Positions 59,383 to 64,000 of a DNA stretch of 64,000 nt are shown one piece after another; within the stretch, counting starts at the first letter, position 1, and each line of letters opens with the position of its first letter. This DNA is from Scyliorhinus canicula. Its lineage: Eukaryota. Where the stretch lies: assembly GCF_902713615.1 (NCBI RefSeq), contig NC_052146.1, forward strand, positions 14,958,938-15,022,937. The letters are read 5' to 3'. The position numbers and the translations under genes were made by a program. The notes under the pieces are model-generated. The model made no database searches, was not told the origin of the DNA, and saw nothing but the letters and a program-made list of their open reading frames with translations.

Positions 59383-60038
59383 CAATGATAATAAAGAAGC
59401 AACAGGTGGATGTTTCCCAAGTCAGGATGGCCTGTGACATGGAGGTGACAGAACTCTCATGACCTTGCTGCCCTGGTTGAAGCGATGGTTGGGGTGCTAT
59501 CATTTTTCTCAGGCTCAGAAAGAGGAAAAGCAGCCTGCTTCCCATTGCTGACCATTATGTACTGACACCTGTAGGCAAATGAGTGTGGCTTGACATAAAT
59601 TACTGTGCAAAGACAAACTGAGGCTCCTTTAAGTCTTTCCACACAAATATCCTGCCAACCACCACAACGCACAAGAATGGCCACTTAGTCCAGGTACAGC
59701 CAGCAGGAACACACCAGGGAAAACAGAAGCTAGAAGTGCTGGTTTGAGTCGACAAGTTCAATTTTTCTATTTTTTCTGCAGCTGCACTGACGGTTCCAAT
59801 TGATTGCCTTGTCCCATGCAGAGCACTGAACACATGTTTTATTAATCAAGATTGCCTGGGGTTGAAAGGTCAGGCTATTGCTCCATCATTACCTCGTTCT
59901 GTAACTATTGGTGATTGATTTTGCCTTAACAACACTGCTCCTCACACAACCATTGCTTTCCCTGGTTTGAGTACCGACTATGCCAACTGACTTTTACAAT
60001 TAGTTTTAACCCTCTTCAGATCTCCATCTAAATCAGCT

Positions 60039-60220
60039 GGGGCTGGTTTAGCACACTGGGTTAAATTGCTGGCTTTGAAAGCAGACCAAGGCAGGCCAGC
60101 AGCATGGTTCGATTCCCGTACCAGCCTCCCTGAACAGGTGCTGGACTGGGGTGACTAGGGGCATTTCACAGTAACTTCATTGACGCCTACTCGTGACAAT
60201 AAACAAATTTCATTTCATTT
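60039..60220 (+). mobile_element. Short tRNA-head SINE with Rex/Babar-type tail
   Basis: GGGGCTGGTTTAGCAC... (CATTT)n end. Confidence 0.85.
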
Positions 60221-60334
60221 GCATTATGACAGGTCCGACTTTTATCAGTTGAGAGCCCATTGAATTTTACAATACAGAAATAGGCCATTCAGCCCAATAG
60301 TTCTATGCCAGTGATAATGCTTCACTCTACTTCA

Positions 60335-60915
60335 TTTGGATTTGGATTTATTATCACTTGTACCGAGGTACAGTGAAAAGTATTGTTCTGCATACAGTCC
60401 AGACATATCATTCCATACATGAAAAACATAGCTCATGTGATAAATACACAAAGTACATAGACGTAGACATTGGGTGAAGCATACGGCGTGCAGTGCTACT
60501 CAATAGGGAATGTGCGTGGCGAGATCAATTCAGTTCCCAAGAGGGTGATTCAGGAGTTTGGTAATGGGGAAGAAGCTGTTTTTGAACCTGTTAGTGCGTG
60601 TTCTCAGACTTTTGTATCTCCTGCCCAATGGAAGAGTTTGGAAGAAAGAATAACCTGGGTGGGAGGGGTCTTTGATTTTGCTGCCTGCTTTCCCAAGCCA
60701 GCAGGAGGTGTAGACAGAGTCAATGGATGGGAGGCGGATTTGTGTGATGTACTAGGCTGCGTTTATGACTCTCTGTAGTTTCTTAGGCCGAGCAGTTAAT
60801 CCCCAAGCTGTGATGCAGCCATATATGCTTTCTATGGTGCATCTGTAAAAATTTGTAAGAATCAATGTGGACATGCCGAATTTCCTTAGTTTCCTGAGGA
60901 AGTATAGGTGCTGTT
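60335..60915 (-). mobile_element. Rex/Babar-type LINE ORF2 C-terminus and 3' UTR
   Basis: QHLYFLRKLRKFGMSTLILTNFYRCTIESI.GCITAW; tail CTTTTCACTGTACCTCGGTACAAGTGATAATAAA. Confidence 0.85.
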
Positions 60916-61509
60916 TTGAATTATCAGCATAACCTATTCGTTTGCCCCTTGTGTATTTATCAAGATTCCCCTTAAATAAACCTATCTGGTTCACCTCAGT
61001 TGCAAATTCTGACTATTTTCTAAATCCCTGAATTCTCTACTGGATTCATTCGTGACTGTTAGTGGCTGACTCACAGGTGGAAATGTATTCCTTCTGTTCA
61101 CGCTATCAAGCCTTTTCACAATTTTAACGACCTCTAGATAGACAAATGGCACAATGATTCTCTTCCAGTGCCGTCGTTAGGGTGGTTGCTGGGAAGATTT
61201 TCTTTGTTAAGCAGTACAACCTTCCCTCTAATATCTTTCCTTTCCAATTTGAGGAAGAACTCTGCTTCTACTGTGTTGTCTTACTGACAACCAGGAAATT
61301 AACAAGATTAGCAGCTCCAAGACTCCATTCTACTGGCTTGTTGAATATGCATTAGTGCAACAGAAAGTCACACTAATGGCTTTTTAAGAATGACTGTTAG
61401 ATCAACCATCTGACTGAGTGGTAGAACAGGCTTAAAGGACGGAATAGCCCATACCTCTTCCTACATTTTATTCTTTTTAAGTAATTATGAACTGAGTGCA
61501 TTATTTTTT

Positions 61510-61780
61510 CAATAATCTTTATTGTCACAAGTAGGCTTACATTAACACTGCAATGAAGTTACAGTGAAAAGCCCCTAGTTGCCACACTCCGGCTCCTGTT
61601 CGGGTACACAGGGGGAGTATTCACGTCTTTCGGGATTTGTGGGAGGAAACCGGAGTACCCGGAGGAAACCCACGCAGACACGGGGAGAACGTGCAGACTC
61701 CACACAGACAGTGACCCAAGCTGGAAATGAAGCAACAGCGCTGTGAAGCAACAGTGCTAACCGCTATGCTACCTTGTCAC
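61510..61780 (-). mobile_element. V-SINE with Rex/Babar-type tail
   Basis: As 1513-1812. Confidence 0.85.
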
Positions 61781-61952
61781 CCGTCCTAGACGTCGAGATG
61801 GTTTCCGAAGCTTAATTGTTTAAGTATGGAGTTGGAAGAAAAGGAACTGTTTCAGTTGCCTATTTTCGGTAAATCAGTAGGGGTGACATTGAGTTGGCCC
61901 AAGAGGCAACTGAGACTAGGGTGCCCTCAAACTGAGGAGGCACCACTGATAG

Positions 61953-62250
61953 AATTAGAACATAGAACATAGAACATTACAGCACAGTACGGGCCCTTCG
62001 GCCCTCGATGTTGCGCCGACCTGTGAAACCATCTGAAGCCTATCTGACCTACACTATTCCATTTTCATCCATATGTCTATCCAGTGACCACTTAAATGCC
62101 CTTAAATTTGGCGAGTCTACTACTGTTGCAGGCAGGGCGTTCCACACCCCTACTACTCTCTGAGTAAAGAAACTGCCTCTGACACCTGTCCTATATCTAC
62201 CACCCCTCAATTTAAAGCTATGTCCCCTCGTGTTGGTCATCACCATCCGA
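61953..62250 (-). mobile_element. CR1 LINE 3' end with GAGGGCCGAAGGGCC..TGTTCTATG tail
   Basis: TRGHSFKLRGGRYRT..FFTQRVVGVWNALP; tail matches SINEs at 29003 and 59040. Confidence 0.9.
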
Positions 62251-62279
62251 GGAAATTGAACAACAGTTTTAGCCAGTCA

Positions 62280-62612
62280 GTGTGGCAGAGAGCAGCACTA
62301 CTGCCTGACAGCGCCAGGGTCCCAGGTTCGATTCCGGCTTGGGTCACTGTCTGTGCAGAGTCTGCACGTTCTCCCACGTGTGTGCGTGGGTTTCCTCCGG
62401 GTGCTCCGGTTTCCTCCCACAGTCCAAAGATGTGTGGGTTAGGGGGATTGGCTATGCTAAATTGTCCCTCAGTGTCCAGGGACCTGCAGGTTAGGTTATG
62501 AGGATGGGATATCGTGGGAGGGCGAGCGGGCCTTGCTAGAGTGCTCTTTCTGAGGGTTGGTGCAGACTCGATGGGCCGATTGACTTCCTTCTGTACAGTA
62601 GGGATTCTACGA
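62280..62612 (+). mobile_element. HE1-type V-SINE
   Basis: V-domain and CR1 tail. Confidence 0.85.
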
Positions 62613-62957
62613 AGAACAACTTAGAAACAAAAAGGACACCTCTCTCTGTGTCACTCCATCTCTCTGTGTCATCCCCTCCTGTTCTCGCTCACTGAAAACA
62701 AGTGTCTTTAAGAAAAACAGAGCGAGGCAAGAAATAAGAACACTGCTGGAAAAGCAGCATCTATATCTCTCTCACTTGCTGGAGGGAGGTTACTTAGTAC
62801 AACCAGACAACAAGTAGGAAGAGACAGGGCAGCTCCGCAGTCGCCCCTACAGAGACAAGCAGGTCATTCCTCCCTCTAGGGACAAGCTAACAATGTCTCC
62901 CACAGAGTGCGTAACTGGCAGAGGCAGCTCCGGGAATCTACTGAAATCGCCTAACCA

Positions 62958-63486
62958 AGGGCTGGTTTAGCACACTGGGCTAAATCGCTGGCTTTGAAAG
63001 CAGGCCAAGGCAGGCCAGCAGCACGGTTCAATTCCTGTAGCAGCCTCCCCGAACAGGTGCTGAAATGTGGCAACTAGGGGCTTTTCACAGTAACTTCATT
63101 TGAAGCCTGCTTGTGACAATAGGTGATTTTCATTTTAAAGGGCAGCACGGTAGCATTGTGGATAGCACAATCGCTTCACAGCTCCAGGGTCCCAGGTTCG
63201 ATTCCGGCTTGGGTCACTGTCTGTGCGGAGTCTGCATGTTCTCCCCGTGTCTGCGTGGGTTTCCTCCGGGTGCTCCGGTTTCCTCCGACAGTCCAAAGAT
63301 GTGCAGGTTAGGTGGATTGGACATGATAAATTTCCCTTAGTGTCCAAAATGGCCCTTAGTGTTGGGTGGGGTTACTGGGTTATGGGGATAGGGTGGAGGT
63401 GTTAACCTTGGGTAGGGTGCTCTTTCCAGGAGCCGGTGCAGACTCGATGGGCCGAATGGCCTCCTTCTGCACTGTAAAATCTATGA
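62958..63486 (+). mobile_element. Short SINE (62958-63135) followed head to tail by an HE1-type V-SINE (63140-63486)
   Basis: Family motifs as above. Confidence 0.9.
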
Positions 63487-63836
63487 ATGGCTGCCACAAA
63501 CCACCATCATGTTCAGGGCCAGGACTTATTTATATATTCTTTCTTCAACTGTTAATTGGGGTCTTAACTTTCTTTTCTGATCTGTGTGAATGTCTGTTGC
63601 GCCTTTTATTAATTTCCCTTGGGTCACAGTGGCTATAATATGCTCGCTCTGTCTGTGCCTCAGGGAAAACTGGATTGAGTGGCTCCTTGTTAAAAAGTAA
63701 ATACGTTTGGACTGGGAAAGATATCTGTGGGGACAAAAAAATTAAACAAATCTTTGTTGCGACCGACCGAAGGGATTGAAAAAAGGGGAGCCAATTCATT
63801 CCTCCTTGTAACAATTAAATAAATTCATATAATTAA

Positions 63837-64000
63837 CAGCACCGTGGCACAGTGGTTGGCACGGCTGCCTCACAGCGCAAGGGACCCGGTTTTGATTACG
63901 GCCTTGGGTGACTGTGTGGAGTTTGCACATTCGCCCTGTGTCTGCGTGGGTTTCCTCCGGGTGCTCCGCTTTCCTCCCACAGTCCCCTAGTGTCGAAAAG
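63837..64000 (+). mobile_element. V-SINE truncated near the window end
   Basis: tRNA head and V-domain. Confidence 0.85.

Overview
Eukaryotic, repeat-dominated genomic DNA, almost certainly from a cartilaginous fish. The SINE and LINE complement (HE1-type V-SINEs, CR1/HER1-type LINEs, Deu-domain SINEs) points to a shark, most likely a catshark; this is inferred from recognised repeat families, not from a database hit. No intact host protein-coding gene is evident. Nearly all ORFs in the track are SINE, LINE, LTR or MITE by-products. One weak candidate terminal exon lies at 58631-58677 (+), so the window may be a long last intron plus 3' UTR. Content: roughly 45 tRNA-derived SINE copies or fragments; many CR1, L2/CR1-group, Rex/Babar and L1-like LINE fragments; a decayed Gypsy provirus (~20.5-29.6 kb, - strand) with nested insertions; five solo LTRs with 5-bp TSDs plus one probable solo LTR; a pol-less LTR element carrying a long low-complexity ORF; PIF/Harbinger-type MITEs and a Myb/SANT-like remnant; and Penelope-like termini with minimal hammerhead ribozymes. 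The most interesting observations are (1) a hammerhead family with a compensatory U3:A8 core, (2) a modular SINE system in which one body carries four alternative 3' tails, one matching Rex/Babar LINE ends in the same window, (3) the pol-less LTR element, (4) a MITE containing a 281-bp copy of its own flank, (5) a CTCF-like motif just upstream of the TATA box in three unrelated LTRs, (6) a perfect H-type pseudoknot in a SINE core, and (7) repeat-free islands with Pbx-Hox/Meis/octamer motifs. Boundaries are read by eye and are approximate unless a TSD is quoted.
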